The notes: generated by a model not told the origin, from the letters alone. A DNA stretch of 64,000 bases from Bacillota bacterium (GCA_023430885.1 JAEYYH010000023.1:48577-112576), one strand, 5' to 3'; numbered from the stretch's first letter, positions 47,716 to 59,483 are shown. Numbers and translations: made by a program.

Positions 47716-48024
47716 ATGTCTAAAACAAAAGTTCGTATCAAACTTAAAGCATTTGAACACAAAAGTTTAGATAGCGCATGTGCAAAAATTGTTGAAACAG
47801 TTAAGAGAACTGGTGGTGAAGTTAGCGGTCCTGTACCTCTACCAACTGAAGTTGAAAAAATCACTATTTTAAGAGCTGTTCATAAGTACAAAGATTCACG
47901 TGAACAATTTGAAAAAAGAACACATAAGAGACTTATTGATATCACAAACCCAAGTAAGGAAACTATAGATGCTTTAACTCATCTTGAAATCCCAAGTGGT
48001 GTGGATATTCAAATCAAATACTAG
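47716..48024 (+). CDS. rpsJ: 30S ribosomal protein S10
   Basis: 102 aa, [19 protein letters not shown].. SD aaaggagg. First gene of the S10 operon. Confidence 0.97.
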   Translation: MSKTKVRIKLKAFEHKSLDSACAKIVETVKRTGGEVSGPVPLPTEVEKITILRAVHKYKDSREQFEKRTHKRLIDITNPSKETIDALTHLEIPSGVDIQIKY

Positions 48025-48057
48025 TAGAACTAGTAAAATTCATTAGGAGGAAATATT

Positions 48058-48792
48058 ATGGTAAAAGGAATCTTAGGTCGTAAAATTGGAATGACTCAAG
48101 TATTTACTAAATCTGGTAAATTAGTTCCAGTAACTGTAGTTCAAGTTGACAAAAATGTTGTAACACAAATTAAAACAACTGAAAACGATGGTTATGAAGC
48201 TATTCAATTAGGTTTTAGTGATACTAAAGAAAAAAATACGACGAAAGCTTCTATTGGTCATACCAATAAAGCTAACACAACACCTAAGCGCTTCTTTAAA
48301 GAAATCAGAGGTGTTAACGTTAACGAATATACATTAGGGCAAGAATTGTCTGCTGATGTATTCACTGAAGGTGAAATCGTTGACGTAACTGGAATCACTA
48401 AAGGTAAGGGATTCCAAGGCGTTATTAAACGTCATAATCAAAGCCGCGGACCTATGGGTCACGGATCACATTATCATAGAAAACCAGGTTCAATGGGAAC
48501 TATGAGACCAATGCGTGTTTTTAAAGGTAAAAAATTACCAGGACATATGGGAACTTTAACAGTAACTATTCAAAATCTTGAAATCGTTGCTACAGATATG
48601 GAAAATGGATTAATTCTTGTAAAAGGAAATATTCCAGGATCTAAACAATCATTAGTAACTATTAGAACATCTGTTAAAACTCCAGGTAAAGTAAACGATA
48701 GAGAAGAATTAATTTCTTATGCTACTGAATCTACTACTTTAGAAACACCAGAAGTAGAAACTGAAACAACTCAAGTTGCTTCAGAAAACTAA
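48058..48792 (+). CDS. rplC: 50S ribosomal protein L3 (with ~35-aa acidic/Thr-rich C-terminal tail)
   Basis: 244 aa, [16 protein letters not shown].. Conserved operon position. Confidence 0.97.
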   Translation: MVKGILGRKIGMTQVFTKSGKLVPVTVVQVDKNVVTQIKTTENDGYEAIQLGFSDTKEKNTTKASIGHTNKANTTPKRFFKEIRGVNVNEYTLGQELSADVFTEGEIVDVTGITKGKGFQGVIKRHNQSRGPMGHGSHYHRKPGSMGTMRPMRVFKGKKLPGHMGTLTVTIQNLEIVATDMENGLILVKGNIPGSKQSLVTIRTSVKTPGKVNDREELISYATESTTLETPEVETETTQVASEN

Positions 48793-48809
48793 GCAGGGAG
48801 GACAACTAA

Positions 48810-49433
48810 ATGAAAAAACAAACTGTCTTAAATATTAAAGGTGAAAAAGTAGGAGATATTACTTTAAATGAAAATGTTTGGGGAATTGAACCAAATGATG
48901 CTGTTTTATATGACGCATTAACATTAGCACGCAATAATCAAAGACAAGGAACTGCTGCTACTAAAACTCGTAGTGAAGTTAGCGGTGGTGGAATCAAACC
49001 ATGGAAGCAAAAAGGTACTGGACGTGCTCGTCAAGGATCTATTAGAGCTCCACACTGGGTTGGTGGTGGTGTAGTATTTGGACCACATCCAAGAAGCTTT
49101 GCTAAAAAGATGAACAGAAAAGAAAGAAGATTAGCTTTAAAATCTGCTCTATCTTATAAAGTAATCGAAAGCGAAATGATCGTTGTAGATAGTTTCAATA
49201 TGGAAACACCAAAAACAAAAGAAGCATTGACTGCGTTAAGTAATTTAAAAGTTGATAAGAAAATATTATTAGTTGTTGATGAATTAAACGATAATGTTAT
49301 CTTAGCTACAAGAAATATAAAAGAAATCGTGTTACTAGAAGCAAATGAAATCAACACATATGATATTATTGCTGCTGATAATATGATAATTACTGAAAAA
49401 GCTGTTAAAGCTATTGAGGAGGTGCTTGTTTAA
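48810..49433 (+). CDS. rplD: 50S ribosomal protein L4
   Basis: 207 aa with ..[25 protein letters not shown]... Confidence 0.97.
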   Translation: MKKQTVLNIKGEKVGDITLNENVWGIEPNDAVLYDALTLARNNQRQGTAATKTRSEVSGGGIKPWKQKGTGRARQGSIRAPHWVGGGVVFGPHPRSFAKKMNRKERRLALKSALSYKVIESEMIVVDSFNMETPKTKEALTALSNLKVDKKILLVVDELNDNVILATRNIKEIVLLEANEINTYDIIAADNMIITEKAVKAIEEVLV

Positions 49434-49711
49434 TGAATAATTTTAGAGATGTTATTAAAGCACCAATCATTACTGAAAAAACTGCAAGTTTAGTACAAAA
49501 TGCTAATACTTACACATTCAGTGTTGATACAAAGGCTAATAAAACACAAATCAAACAAGCTATAGAAGGTATTTTCAATGTTAAGGTTGAAAATGTAAAT
49601 ACAGTAACTGTTCACCCTAAGAAAAAAAGAGTTGGACGTTATACTGGTAAAACAAATAAAGTAAAGAAAGCAATAGTTAAATTAAAAGAAGGAAGTTCAA
49701 TTGAACTTTAA
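49433..49711 (+). CDS. rplW: 50S ribosomal protein L23
   Basis: 92 aa with ..[11 protein letters not shown].. ATGA overlap with rplD. Confidence 0.96.
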   Translation: MNNFRDVIKAPIITEKTASLVQNANTYTFSVDTKANKTQIKQAIEGIFNVKVENVNTVTVHPKKKRVGRYTGKTNKVKKAIVKLKEGSSIEL

Positions 49712-49732
49712 CAATTGTTAGGAGGATAAATC

Positions 49733-50566
49733 ATGGCAATAAAAACATATAGACCTATGACTAACGGTACTCGTGGAATGTCTACTTTAATCAACGATGA
49801 AATAACAAAAACGACTCCAGAGAAATCATTAGTTGTAACATTAAAAAAGAGTGGTGGTCGTAATAATCAAGGAAGAATAACTGTTAGACACATTGGTGGC
49901 GGCGCAAAAAGAAAATATCGTATTATTGATTTTAAAAGAAATAAAGATGGTATCGCTGGAACAGTAACTGCAATTGAATACGATCCAAACAGAACTGCTA
50001 ACATTGCTTTAATAACTTATGCAGATGGTGAAAAGAGATACATCGTCGCTCCAAAAAACTTAAAAGTTGGAGAAAAAATTGAAAGTGGAGAAAACGTAGA
50101 TATCAAAGTTGGTAACAGTTGCCCACTTGGAAATATTCCTGAAGGTACAATGGTACACAATGTTGAATTAAAAGCTGGTAAAGGTGGTCAAATGGCACGT
50201 TCAGCTGGTTCAAGTGTTCAAATATTAGGCCGTGAAGGAAGATATACATTACTTCGTTTAGCAAGTGGTGAAGTTAGAAAAGTATTAAGTACTTGCAGAG
50301 CTACTATTGGTGAAGTAGGTAATGCTGATCATGAATTAGTAAAACTTGGTAAAGCTGGTCGTAAAAGACATATGGGTATTAAGCCAACAGTTCGTGGTTC
50401 TGCTATGAATCCTAACGACCATCCACATGGTGGTGGTGAAGGCCGTACGCCTATCGGACGTAAAGGACCTGTTACTCCTTGGGGTAAACCAGCATTAGGT
50501 GCTAAAACACGTAAAAAGAAAAATGCTTCAGACAAGTTAATTGTCCGTCGTAAGAATAAGAAATAG
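49733..50566 (+). CDS. rplB: 50S ribosomal protein L2
   Basis: 277 aa, [15 protein letters not shown].. with [17 protein letters not shown]. Confidence 0.98.
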   Translation: MAIKTYRPMTNGTRGMSTLINDEITKTTPEKSLVVTLKKSGGRNNQGRITVRHIGGGAKRKYRIIDFKRNKDGIAGTVTAIEYDPNRTANIALITYADGEKRYIVAPKNLKVGEKIESGENVDIKVGNSCPLGNIPEGTMVHNVELKAGKGGQMARSAGSSVQILGREGRYTLLRLASGEVRKVLSTCRATIGEVGNADHELVKLGKAGRKRHMGIKPTVRGSAMNPNDHPHGGGEGRTPIGRKGPVTPWGKPALGAKTRKKKNASDKLIVRRKNKK

Positions 50567-50582
50567 TGAGAGGATGGTTTAA

Positions 50583-50852
50583 ATGGCAAGAAGTTTAAAA
50601 AAAGGGCCTTTTATTGATGAATCATTAGCTAAAAAAGTTGAAAAAGTTAATGCAGCAGAAAAAAAGGAAGTAATTAAAACTTGGTCACGTCGTTCTACAA
50701 TTTTTCCTAATTTTATAGGACTTACATTTGCTGTTCATAATGGAAAAGATTTTATTCCAGTTTATGTTACAGAAGATATGGTTGGACATAAAATGGGTGA
50801 ATTCGTCCCTACACGTAAGTTTGGTGGACATGGCGACGGAAAGAAAAAATAG
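50583..50852 (+). CDS. rpsS: 30S ribosomal protein S19
   Basis: 89 aa, [12 protein letters not shown]... Confidence 0.97.
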   Translation: MARSLKKGPFIDESLAKKVEKVNAAEKKEVIKTWSRRSTIFPNFIGLTFAVHNGKDFIPVYVTEDMVGHKMGEFVPTRKFGGHGDGKKK

Positions 50853-50874
50853 TTAACCAGAAGGGAGGACTAAA

Positions 50875-51210
50875 ATGGAAGCAAAAGCGGTTGCAAAAAC
50901 TGTTAGAATTGCACCTCGTAAAGCTCGTTTAGTTATAGATTTAGTTCGTAACAAGAGTGTTATCGAAGCAGACAGAATATTAGCAAACTTAAATAAAGAA
51001 GCTGCAAGATTAATTAGAAAAGTATTAACTTCAGCTGTTGCAAATGCAGAAAATAATTTAGGTTTAGATAAAAATAATTTATATATTAAAGAAACATATA
51101 TAAATGAAGGACAAACAATGAAAAGAGCTAGAATGGGTTCTCGTGGACACGTAGATCCTATATTTAAAAGAACTAGCCATATTACGGTTGTCGTAAGTGA
51201 AAAAAATTAG
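50875..51210 (+). CDS. rplV: 50S ribosomal protein L22
   Basis: 111 aa, [20 protein letters not shown]... Confidence 0.97.
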   Translation: MEAKAVAKTVRIAPRKARLVIDLVRNKSVIEADRILANLNKEAARLIRKVLTSAVANAENNLGLDKNNLYIKETYINEGQTMKRARMGSRGHVDPIFKRTSHITVVVSEKN

Positions 51211-51228
51211 AGCAAAGGAGGTAAACTG

Positions 51229-51909
51229 ATGGGTCAAAAAGTTAGTCCAGTCGGACTTAGAATGGGAATCAACAAAACTTGGGAATCAAAATGGTATGCT
51301 GGAAATAAAGATTTCGCTAAATACTTAAATAATGATGTTAAAATCCGCAAGTTTTTAGAAAACAAATTAAAAGACGCAGCAGTTTCAAGCATTCTTATTG
51401 AGAGAAACGCTGAAAAGACTAATGTTATTATAAATACTGCTAAACCAGGCGTTGTTATTGGTCATAGCGGTGATGAAATTGAAAAATTAACTAAAGAGTT
51501 AAATAAATTAGTAAAAGAAAATATTCAAATTTCTATTATGGAAGTAAGAAACCCTGATATTGATGCTGCATTAGTAGCTGAAAATATCGCTCATCAAATA
51601 GAAAATAGAGTTTCATTTAGAATTGCTCAAAAGAGAGCTATTAGAAACGCTATTAAAGCAGGAGCAAAAGGAATTAAAACTTCTGTATCAGGTCGTTTAG
51701 GTGGAGCTGATATGGCAAGAACTGAAGGATATACAGAAGGCAATACTCCACTTCATACTTTAAGAGCAAATATTGATTATGCTCATAAAGAAGCTAATAC
51801 TACTTTTGGTAAGATTGGTGTAAAAGTATGGATTTATAAAGGTGTAATTCTTCCTGAAAAGAAAAATAAGGGAGGTAATATCGATGGCAGTAATTCCAAA
51901 GAGAACTAA
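51229..51909 (+). CDS. rpsC: 30S ribosomal protein S3
   Basis: 226 aa, [14 protein letters not shown].. with a KH domain. Confidence 0.97.
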   Translation: MGQKVSPVGLRMGINKTWESKWYAGNKDFAKYLNNDVKIRKFLENKLKDAAVSSILIERNAEKTNVIINTAKPGVVIGHSGDEIEKLTKELNKLVKENIQISIMEVRNPDIDAALVAENIAHQIENRVSFRIAQKRAIRNAIKAGAKGIKTSVSGRLGGADMARTEGYTEGNTPLHTLRANIDYAHKEANTTFGKIGVKVWIYKGVILPEKKNKGGNIDGSNSKEN

Positions 51910-52312
51910 ATACCGTCGTCCACACCGCCTACATTATGATGGAGTAGCTAAAGGTAATACTGAATTACACTTTGGTGAATACGGATTAATGGCAATGGAA
52001 GGTGCTTGGATTACTCAAAATCAAATAGAAGCAGCTCGTGTTGCAATGACTCGTTATATGAAACGTGGTGGAAAAGTATGGATTAACATATTCCCTCACT
52101 TATCATTAACTAAAATACCTTTAGAAACTCGTATGGGTAAAGGTAAAGGTCAACCAGAAAAATGGGTTGCTGTTGTTAAAAAAGGCAAAATTATGTTTGA
52201 AATTGGTCAAATTGATGAAGCTACAGCTCGTGAATCATTACGTTTAGCTATGCATAAATTACCAATCAAATGTAAATTTGTAAAAAAAGAAAGTGGTGAA
52301 GCTTGTGAATAA
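51884..52312 (+). CDS. rplP: 50S ribosomal protein L16
   Basis: 142 aa, [15 protein letters not shown].. SD ggagg at 51872. Overlaps the rpsC 3' end by 26 nt. Confidence 0.95.
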   Translation: MAVIPKRTKYRRPHRLHYDGVAKGNTELHFGEYGLMAMEGAWITQNQIEAARVAMTRYMKRGGKVWINIFPHLSLTKIPLETRMGKGKGQPEKWVAVVKKGKIMFEIGQIDEATARESLRLAMHKLPIKCKFVKKESGEACE

Positions 52313-52499
52313 CAAAGAAATTAGAGATTTAACAAACGAAGAAATCACCAAAAAAATTACAGAATATAAAGAAGAATTATTTAATTTACGTTTTAGTCAA
52401 GCTACAGGAAATCTTGAGCATCCAGCTCGTATTAAAGAGTTAAGAAAACTAGTTGCTCGTATGAAAACAATATTACGTGAACGAGAATTGAATAACTAG
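52305..52499 (+). CDS. rpmC: 50S ribosomal protein L29
   Basis: ..[29 protein letters not shown].. A GTG start at 52305 is likely; the ORF track uses GTG 52293. Exact start uncertain. Confidence 0.92.
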   Translation: MNNKEIRDLTNEEITKKITEYKEELFNLRFSQATGNLEHPARIKELRKLVARMKTILRERELNN

Positions 52500-52508
52500 G
52501 AGGATACT

Positions 52509-52763
52509 ATGGAAAGAAAACAAGAATTAGTAGGAAAAGTTGTAAGCTCTACAAATAATAAAACTATAACAGTTTTAGTAGAAACTTATAAAAAAGACAA
52601 TTTATATGGTAAACGCATTAAATATTCTAAAAAATATGCTGCTCATGACGAAAAGAACGCTGCTAAAGTTGGCGATACTGTTCGTATTGTAGAAACAAGA
52701 CCATTATCAAAAACTAAACATTTTCGTTTAGTAGAAATCGTAGAAGAAGCAATTATTTTATAA
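52509..52763 (+). CDS. rpsQ: 30S ribosomal protein S17
   Basis: 84 aa with ..[18 protein letters not shown]... Confidence 0.96.
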   Translation: MERKQELVGKVVSSTNNKTITVLVETYKKDNLYGKRIKYSKKYAAHDEKNAAKVGDTVRIVETRPLSKTKHFRLVEIVEEAIIL

Positions 52764-52790
52764 TTGCAAGCTGATAAGGAGGATTAATAT

Positions 52791-53159
52791 ATGATTCAAC
52801 AAGAGAGCCGTTTAAAAGTAGCAGACAATTCAGGAGCTCGTGAACTTTCAGTTATTAGAGTTCTTGGAGGAAGCAAAGTAAAAACTGGTAATATTGGTGA
52901 TATAGTTGTTGGAACTATTAAGAAAGCAACTCCTAATGGTACAGTAGGTAAAGGAAAAGTTGTTAAAGCTGTAATAGTAAGAACAAAATTTGGTCTAAGA
53001 AGAGAAGATGGATCTTATATTAAATTTGATGATAATGCTTGCGTTATTATTAAAGATGATAAGAGTCCTGTTGGTACTCGTGTATTTGGACCAATCGCAC
53101 GTGAATTACGTGAAAAAGATTTTATGAAAATTATATCACTTGCTAAAGAAGTGTTATAG
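52791..53159 (+). CDS. rplN: 50S ribosomal protein L14
   Basis: 122 aa, [19 protein letters not shown]... Confidence 0.98.
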   Translation: MIQQESRLKVADNSGARELSVIRVLGGSKVKTGNIGDIVVGTIKKATPNGTVGKGKVVKAVIVRTKFGLRREDGSYIKFDDNACVIIKDDKSPVGTRVFGPIARELREKDFMKIISLAKEVL

Positions 53160-53174
53160 TTGGGAGGTAAATTT

Positions 53175-53483
53175 ATGAACTTTAAAACAGGAGATAAAGT
53201 AGTAGTTATTGCTGGAAAAGACAAAGGTAAAGAAGGTAAAATTACTAAAGTTCTTCGCGACGAAAATAAAATCGTTATCGAAGGAGTTAACGTTGCTAAA
53301 AAGCATGTTAAATCAAACGGACAAACTGCTGGAAGTATCGTTGAAATGGAAGCCCCAATTAATGCTTCTAACGCAATGATAGTTGATCCAAAAACTGGTA
53401 AACCAAGCAGAATTGGACACACAACAGATAAGAACGGTAAGAAAGTTAGAGTTGCTAAAAAATCTAACTCTACTATCGATTAA
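53175..53483 (+). CDS. rplX: 50S ribosomal protein L24
   Basis: The ATG at 53175 ([21 protein letters not shown]) follows SD gggagg. The ORF-track start 53160 is a TTG inside the SD. Confidence 0.95.
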   Translation: MNFKTGDKVVVIAGKDKGKEGKITKVLRDENKIVIEGVNVAKKHVKSNGQTAGSIVEMEAPINASNAMIVDPKTGKPSRIGHTTDKNGKKVRVAKKSNSTID

Positions 53484-53500
53484 TTGGAAGGAGGGTAATT

Positions 53501-54040
53501 ATGAACCGCCTAAAAGAAAAATATCAAAATGAAATTGTACCAAGTTTAAGAGAAAAATATAACTATACTAGTGTTATGGAAGTTCCAAAATTAGATAAAA
53601 TAGTTGTTAATATGGGTGTTGGTGATGCTACAACTAATAGTAAATTATTAGATGCTGCTATCAAAGATATGGAAATTATCACAGGACAAAAACCAATAGC
53701 AACTAAATCTAAAAAGGCTATTGCTGGATTCAAACTTAGAGAAGACCAACCAATAGGATGCAAAGTAACATTACGTGGAGAAAACATGTATAATTTCTTA
53801 GATAAATTAATTAGTATAACATTACCTCGTGTAAGAGATTTCCGTGGTATTTCAAACAAGTCTTTTGATGGTAGAGGAAACTATACTTTAGGACTTACTG
53901 AACAATTAATTTTCTCAGAAATTGAATATGATAACGTTGTAAAAGTACGTGGTATGGATATCGTTATGGTAACTACTGCTAAAACTAATGAAGAAGCTTA
54001 TGATCTTTTAAAAGGTTTTGGTATGCCATTTAAGAAATAA
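53501..54040 (+). CDS. rplE: 50S ribosomal protein L5
   Basis: 179 aa, [16 protein letters not shown]... Confidence 0.97.
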   Translation: MNRLKEKYQNEIVPSLREKYNYTSVMEVPKLDKIVVNMGVGDATTNSKLLDAAIKDMEIITGQKPIATKSKKAIAGFKLREDQPIGCKVTLRGENMYNFLDKLISITLPRVRDFRGISNKSFDGRGNYTLGLTEQLIFSEIEYDNVVKVRGMDIVMVTTAKTNEEAYDLLKGFGMPFKK

Positions 54041-54055
54041 TCTAGGAGGAATATT

Positions 54056-54241
54056 ATGGCTAAGAAGAGCATGATTGTAAAAGCTAATCGTAAACCAAAG
54101 TTTGAAGTACGTGCATATACTCGTTGTCAAAGATGTGGTAGACCGCATTCAGTACTTAAAAAATATGGAATTTGCCGTATTTGTTTCAGAGAATTAGCTT
54201 ATAAAGGACAAATACCAGGTGTGACAAAGTCAAGCTGGTAA
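54056..54241 (+). CDS. rpsN: 30S ribosomal protein S14 type Z (zinc-binding)
   Basis: 61 aa with [13 protein letters not shown]. Confidence 0.96.
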   Translation: MAKKSMIVKANRKPKFEVRAYTRCQRCGRPHSVLKKYGICRICFRELAYKGQIPGVTKSSW

Positions 54242-54260
54242 TTGAAGGGAGGACAAATAT

Positions 54261-54659
54261 ATGGTAGTAACTGACCCAATCGCAGATATGCTTACAAGAA
54301 TACGTAATGCTAATCAAATGCGATATAAAGAAGTTGAAGTGCCTGCTTCAAAAATGAAGTTAGAAATAGCTAGAATTCTTAAAGAAGAAGGATTTGTAGT
54401 TGATTTCAAAGTTAAGAAAAACAACGTTCAAAACATAATCGTATTAAGTTTAAAATACGGTGAAAAGAAAGAACGTGTTATAACTGGTTTAAAAAGAATT
54501 TCAAAACCAGGATTACGTGTATATGCAAAAGCTGAAGAAGTGCCAACTGTACTTAATGGTTTAGGTATCGCTATCGTGTCAACATCAAAAGGTGTTATGA
54601 CAGGTAAAGATGCTAAAAAACAATCATTAGGTGGCGAAGTTTTAGCTTATGTATGGTAA
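54261..54659 (+). CDS. rpsH: 30S ribosomal protein S8
   Basis: 132 aa, [17 protein letters not shown]... Confidence 0.97.
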   Translation: MVVTDPIADMLTRIRNANQMRYKEVEVPASKMKLEIARILKEEGFVVDFKVKKNNVQNIIVLSLKYGEKKERVITGLKRISKPGLRVYAKAEEVPTVLNGLGIAIVSTSKGVMTGKDAKKQSLGGEVLAYVW

Positions 54660-54686
54660 TTAGTAGAAAGCAAGAGGAGGATTAAT

Positions 54687-55220
54687 ATGAGTCGTATTGG
54701 TAATAGAGAAATTACAATACCTGAAAATGTTACAGTATCTGTAGATGGTAATATTGTTAAAGTAAGTGGTCCTAAAGGTGAACTTTCTACTGAAATACAT
54801 AAAGATATTACTGTAAACATCGATGGTAGTGTATTAACATTAACAAGAAAAGATGATACAGTTAAGAACTTTCATGGAACAGCAAATGCTAATATCAATA
54901 ACATGATAATTGGTGTTACAAAGGGATATGAAAGACAATTAGAGTCAATTGGTGTAGGATATCGTTTTGCTTTAAAAGATGGAAAATTAGTAGTAACTGC
55001 TGGTTATTCTCATCCTGTAGAAGTAGCAATTCCTGCAAATTTAACTCTAGAAGTTCCAAGTAATACTGAATTAAGTATAAAAGGAATTGATAAATGTTTA
55101 GTAGGAGAATTTGCTGCTGACGTTAGAAAGATTAGACAACCTGAACCTTACAAAGGAAAAGGAATTCGTTATAAAGATGAAGTAGTTCGTCGTAAAGAAG
55201 GAAAGAAAGCATCTAAATAA
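54687..55220 (+). CDS. rplF: 50S ribosomal protein L6
   Basis: 177 aa, MSRIGNREITIPENV... Confidence 0.97.
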   Translation: MSRIGNREITIPENVTVSVDGNIVKVSGPKGELSTEIHKDITVNIDGSVLTLTRKDDTVKNFHGTANANINNMIIGVTKGYERQLESIGVGYRFALKDGKLVVTAGYSHPVEVAIPANLTLEVPSNTELSIKGIDKCLVGEFAADVRKIRQPEPYKGKGIRYKDEVVRRKEGKKASK

Positions 55221-55245
55221 TAAAGAGTAAAGGAGAGTAATACTT

Positions 55246-55608
55246 ATGATTAAAAAAGTATCTCGTAATGAAATGCGTATGGCTAGACATGCTCGTATTA
55301 GAGCTAAAGTTGTTGGTACTCCAGAAGTTCCAAGACTTAATGTGTTTAGATCAAATAGTAATATATTCGCACAAATCATTGATGATGAAAAAGCTGTTAC
55401 ATTAGTAAGTGCCTCTTCAATTGATAAGGAATTAAAGATTGAAAATGGTAGTAATGTTGAGGCTGCTAAAAAAGTAGGAGAACTACTTGCAAAAAGAGCT
55501 AAAAAAGCTAATATTACTAAAGTAACTTTTGATAGAGGTGGATACCTATATCATGGACGTGTTCAAGCATTAGCTGACGCAGCACGTGAAAATGGATTAG
55601 AATTCTAA
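55246..55608 (+). CDS. rplR: 50S ribosomal protein L18
   Basis: 120 aa with ..[24 protein letters not shown]... Confidence 0.97.
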   Translation: MIKKVSRNEMRMARHARIRAKVVGTPEVPRLNVFRSNSNIFAQIIDDEKAVTLVSASSIDKELKIENGSNVEAAKKVGELLAKRAKKANITKVTFDRGGYLYHGRVQALADAARENGLEF

Positions 55609-55621
55609 GAGGAGGATCTAG

Positions 55622-56134
55622 ATGGAAAAGGAAACTAGAAGAAGAGAACCAAGACCAAAAATGTATGACACTGAAATCATAAATATTGGTCGTGTTACAA
55701 AAGTAACAAAAGGTGGTCGTCATTTCCGTTTCTCTGCTACTGTAGCTGTTGGAGACAGAAACGGGCAAGTAGGTATTGGAACTGGTAAGGCTAATGAAGT
55801 ACCAGATGCAATAAAGAAAGCTGAACAATCTGCAACAAAGAGTGTAGTAAGAGTAGCTATCATTGATAACAGAACTATTCCACATGAAGCAATTGGTGTA
55901 AGAGGTGCTAGCAAGGTTATGTTAAAGCCAGCATCTAAAGGTACAGGAGTTAAAGCTGGTGGCCCAGTTAGAGCCGTACTAGAATTAGCAGGAGTTAAAG
56001 ACATTTTATCTAAATCACAAGGTTCAAATACAAAGATTAATATGGCATTCGCTACATTAGAAGCATTAAGAGTACAAAAAACTCCAGAACAAGTTGCTGC
56101 ATTACGCGGTAAGAAAGTTGAGGAACTATACTAA
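55622..56134 (+). CDS. rpsE: 30S ribosomal protein S5
   Basis: 170 aa with ..[21 protein letters not shown].. Its stop overlaps the rplO start (no rpmD in between). Confidence 0.97.
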   Translation: MEKETRRREPRPKMYDTEIINIGRVTKVTKGGRHFRFSATVAVGDRNGQVGIGTGKANEVPDAIKKAEQSATKSVVRVAIIDNRTIPHEAIGVRGASKVMLKPASKGTGVKAGGPVRAVLELAGVKDILSKSQGSNTKINMAFATLEALRVQKTPEQVAALRGKKVEELY

Positions 56135-56577
56135 TGAAGTTACATTCAATGTATCCTGCTGAAGGTGCTACTAAGAATCGTAAAAGAATCGGACGTGGTA
56201 CTAGTTCAGGAACAGGAAAAACTGCAGGTAAAGGTCATAAAGGACAAAACGCACGTAGTGGTGGTGGAGTTAGACCAGGTTTTGAAGGTGGACAATTACC
56301 ATTATTCAGAAGATTACCAAAAAGAGGTTTCTCTAATGCAAAATTTAAGACAGAGTATGCTGTTATTAACTTAAGTGATTTAAATAAATTTGAAAATGAC
56401 ACTGTAATTACACCAGAATTACTAAAAGAAATGGGATTAGTTAAAAATCAAATAGATGGTATCAAAGTATTAGGAAATGGTACTTTAGAAAAAAAATTAA
56501 CAATTAAAGCACACAAATTCTCAAGTGTAGCTAAAGAACAAATAGAAAAATTAGGTGGAAAAGCTGAGGTGATCTAG
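56134..56577 (+). CDS. rplO: 50S ribosomal protein L15
   Basis: 147 aa with ..[27 protein letters not shown]... Confidence 0.97.
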   Translation: MKLHSMYPAEGATKNRKRIGRGTSSGTGKTAGKGHKGQNARSGGGVRPGFEGGQLPLFRRLPKRGFSNAKFKTEYAVINLSDLNKFENDTVITPELLKEMGLVKNQIDGIKVLGNGTLEKKLTIKAHKFSSVAKEQIEKLGGKAEVI

Positions 56578-56578
56578 T

Positions 56579-57847
56579 ATGTTTGCAACAGTAAAGCAAA
56601 TATTCAATCGCAAGAATAAAGATTTACAAAAGAAAATTTTGTTTACTCTTGCAGCTTTGTTCATCTTTAAATTAGGAACAGCAATTATTGTTCCAGGAGT
56701 TGATAATACTTCTTTAGGAAATTTAGGATTTCTTGAGTTATTAAATACAATGGGTGGTGGCGCTATGGAGAAATTCTCTATATTTGCACTAGGTGTTATG
56801 CCTTACATCACTGCATCAATTATAATTCAATTATTATCTATGGATATTATTCCATATTTAACTGAATTAACTAAACAAGGAATTTCAGGGAGAACAAAGA
56901 TAAATCAAATAACTAGAGTAATAGGAATTATTTTGGCATTTGTACAAGGTTATATTTATTCATTTGCATTTGTAAGTGATGGAGCGCCTATACAATACCT
57001 AGAATATGCTGTAATACTTACAGCAGGAACTGCATTCTTATTATGGTTAGGTGATCAAATTACAGCAAAAGGGATTGGTAATGGAATTTCGCTTATAATC
57101 ATGGCTGGTATACTTGCAAGTTTACCAAATATGTTTTATACAGCATTTAATACATTAGTAGATACTACTGCAAGCGTTCAAGCAATATCTTTAGGTGTTG
57201 TCATGTTTGCCTTGTTTGTTGTTGTATATGTTGCTATAGTTTTAGGAATCGTATACGAAGAAACAGCAGAACGCCGTGTACCTATTCAATATGCAAATAA
57301 ATCAGCTAATAGCTATGGTGGTAAACAAAGTTATATACCATTTAGACTAAATTCAGCTGGTGTTATACCTGTAATTTTTGCATCAGCAATTATTTCAATT
57401 CCATCAATACTTGCTTCATTTATAAATAATGATTCAATAACTTTGTTTATAAATAAATGGATAGTTATGACTACTCCAACTGGTTTATTTTTATACATAT
57501 TATGTATATTTGGATTTGCTTATTTTTATACGTTTATCCAATTAAAACCAAATGAGCTAGCTGATAACTTAAATAAGAATGGTGGATATATACCAGGAGT
57601 AAGACCTGGAGATGAAACGGTAAGTTACATATCTACTGTTATAAAGAAAATAACATTTGTAGGTGCAACAGCACTTGCTATAATTGCAGCTTTACCAGTC
57701 CTATTTGGTTTATTTTCAAATATGCCAACTAGTGTACAAATTGGTGGTACTGGACTACTTATTGTTGTAGGAGTTGCACTTGAAACATATAAACAAATTG
57801 AAAGTCAACTTATCAGTCGTAATTACACAAGAGGAAGAAGAAAATAA
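56579..57847 (+). CDS. secY: preprotein translocase subunit SecY
   Basis: 422 aa with 10 TM segments, LGVMPYITASII and GGTGLLIVVGVALET. Confidence 0.97.
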   Translation: MFATVKQIFNRKNKDLQKKILFTLAALFIFKLGTAIIVPGVDNTSLGNLGFLELLNTMGGGAMEKFSIFALGVMPYITASIIIQLLSMDIIPYLTELTKQGISGRTKINQITRVIGIILAFVQGYIYSFAFVSDGAPIQYLEYAVILTAGTAFLLWLGDQITAKGIGNGISLIIMAGILASLPNMFYTAFNTLVDTTASVQAISLGVVMFALFVVVYVAIVLGIVYEETAERRVPIQYANKSANSYGGKQSYIPFRLNSAGVIPVIFASAIISIPSILASFINNDSITLFINKWIVMTTPTGLFLYILCIFGFAYFYTFIQLKPNELADNLNKNGGYIPGVRPGDETVSYISTVIKKITFVGATALAIIAALPVLFGLFSNMPTSVQIGGTGLLIVVGVALETYKQIESQLISRNYTRGRRK

Positions 57848-58503
57848 TGAAAAGCATTATTTTTATAGCCCCTCCAGCGGCTGGTAAAGGAACTCAAGCA
57901 GTTATGCTTAGTTCAAAGTATAAAATGCCTCATATATCAACAGGAGATATTTTGAGAAATGCTCAAGATGACACAGAAAGAGGCAAATATATTACTAACG
58001 AGATGGCTCAAGGGCATTTTGTTAGCGATGAAATAATTTTAGAATTATTAAAAGAAAGATTGTTACAATCAGATTGCAATAATGGTTATATATTGGATGG
58101 TTTTCCACGTAATATTGAACAAGCTAAACATTATGAAGAAATATTAACTAACCTAAATAAAGATTTAGGTTATGTGATAGTTCTAGATATCGATAAAGAG
58201 GTTGCAAAAAATCGTATCATTGGTAGAGTTTCTTGTCCAAACTGTGGTAGTGTATTTAATGAATTAATTGAAGAAACTAAACCATTAGTAAGTGGAATTT
58301 GTGATAAATGCGGTTCAAAACTTATAAAAAGAGCTGATGATAATGCTGAAACTTTTGAAAAACGTTTTGATACCTATTTAATAAAAACTCAACCATTAAT
58401 TGATTATTATGATAAAAAAAACATCTTATATCACGTCAATACTACTTTAGGCAAAGAAAATACCTTCAAACAAATTGAAGATATTATGAGAGACGATAAA
58501 TGA
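57847..58503 (+). CDS. adk: adenylate kinase (zinc-lid type)
   Basis: 218 aa with a P-loop region PPAAGKGTQ and lid CPNCG..CDKCG. Confidence 0.96.
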   Translation: MKSIIFIAPPAAGKGTQAVMLSSKYKMPHISTGDILRNAQDDTERGKYITNEMAQGHFVSDEIILELLKERLLQSDCNNGYILDGFPRNIEQAKHYEEILTNLNKDLGYVIVLDIDKEVAKNRIIGRVSCPNCGSVFNELIEETKPLVSGICDKCGSKLIKRADDNAETFEKRFDTYLIKTQPLIDYYDKKNILYHVNTTLGKENTFKQIEDIMRDDK

Positions 58504-59246
58504 TAAGTATAAAAACACCAGATGAAATCGAATTAATGAAAGTAGCTGGAAAAATAGTTGGCGATACACATAATTATTTAATACCTTATATTAAACCAGG
58601 TATTACAACAAAAGAGATAGATCGTTTAGCTGAAGAATTTATTATTAGTCAAAATGCTACTCCTTCTTTTAAAGGACTATATGGATTTCCTGGTACTATT
58701 TGCATTTCAATAAATGAAGAAGTAGTCCATGGAATTCCATCCGGTCGTAAACTAAAAGATGGAGATATAGTAACACTAGATATTGGTGCTTGCTATAAAG
58801 GTTATCATGGAGATTCTGCTTGGACATATAAAGTAGGTAAAGTTAGTAAGGAAATTGAACACCTTATTGAGCATACTGAACAGTCTTTATATGAAGGTTT
58901 AAAGCAAGTCAAACCAGGTAACAGAATTGGTGATATAGGATATGCTATCAGTGAATATGCTAAAAAGTATAATCTTGGAGTAGTAAAAGAACTAGTTGGC
59001 CATGGTATTGGCAATCATGTTCATGAAGATCCGGATGTACCTAATTATGGTAAACCTGGGACAGGTCAATTATTAAAAGAAGGTATGTGTATAGCAGTAG
59101 AACCAATGTTAAATATGGGAACTGCTAGAATATATGTGCTTGATGATGATTGGACTATCGTAACAGCTGATAATAAACCATCAGCACATTATGAACATAC
59201 AGTTGTTGTTACTAAAGATGGATATACAATTTTAACAAAGAGGTGA
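58500..59246 (+). CDS. map: type I methionine aminopeptidase
   Basis: 248 aa with metal ligands in DIVTLD, GYHGD, VGHGIG and EP..EHT. Confidence 0.96.
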   Translation: MISIKTPDEIELMKVAGKIVGDTHNYLIPYIKPGITTKEIDRLAEEFIISQNATPSFKGLYGFPGTICISINEEVVHGIPSGRKLKDGDIVTLDIGACYKGYHGDSAWTYKVGKVSKEIEHLIEHTEQSLYEGLKQVKPGNRIGDIGYAISEYAKKYNLGVVKELVGHGIGNHVHEDPDVPNYGKPGTGQLLKEGMCIAVEPMLNMGTARIYVLDDDWTIVTADNKPSAHYEHTVVVTKDGYTILTKR

Positions 59247-59250
59247 AAAT

Positions 59251-59466
59251 ATGGCAAAAGATGATACAATCGAAGTACAAGGAAAAGTTGTCGAAGTAAA
59301 GCCGGGAGGTATTTTCAAGGTAGAACTTGAAAATAAACATACTGTAATTGCTCACGTTTCTGGTAAAATCCGAATGAATTATATTCGCATCTTACCAGGC
59401 GATACAGTAACTGTTGAACTCTCACCATACGATTTAACACGTGGGCGCATAACTTACCGAAAATAA
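59251..59466 (+). CDS. infA: translation initiation factor IF-1
   Basis: 71 aa, [15 protein letters not shown].. with an S1-like fold. Confidence 0.97.
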   Translation: MAKDDTIEVQGKVVEVKPGGIFKVELENKHTVIAHVSGKIRMNYIRILPGDTVTVELSPYDLTRGRITYRK

Positions 59467-59483
59467 CAGTAGGAGGAAAAGAT

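Noticed and set aside
47541-47864. 107-aa minus-strand ORF spanning the S10 leader and the rpsJ 5' end.
   Set aside because: It overlaps a highly conserved ribosomal gene and its promoter and leader. It has no SD, and it is better explained as a structured leader on the plus strand.
47892-47907. parS-like 16-mer AGATTCACGTGAACAA in rpsJ, and TTCTGGACGTGAAACA at 60271-60286 in rpsK.
   Set aside because: Each matches the parS consensus at only 12 of 16 positions. Functional Bacillus parS sites tolerate about 1-2 mismatches, so these are probably chance CACGTG/CGTGAAACA coding sequence.
48688-48792. Acidic/Thr-rich C-terminal tail on L3, and short Lys/Asn-rich tails on S3 and L2.
   Set aside because: Lineage-specific ribosomal protein extensions are common, and nothing suggests a frameshift or a fused gene. 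This is noted only in the feature call.
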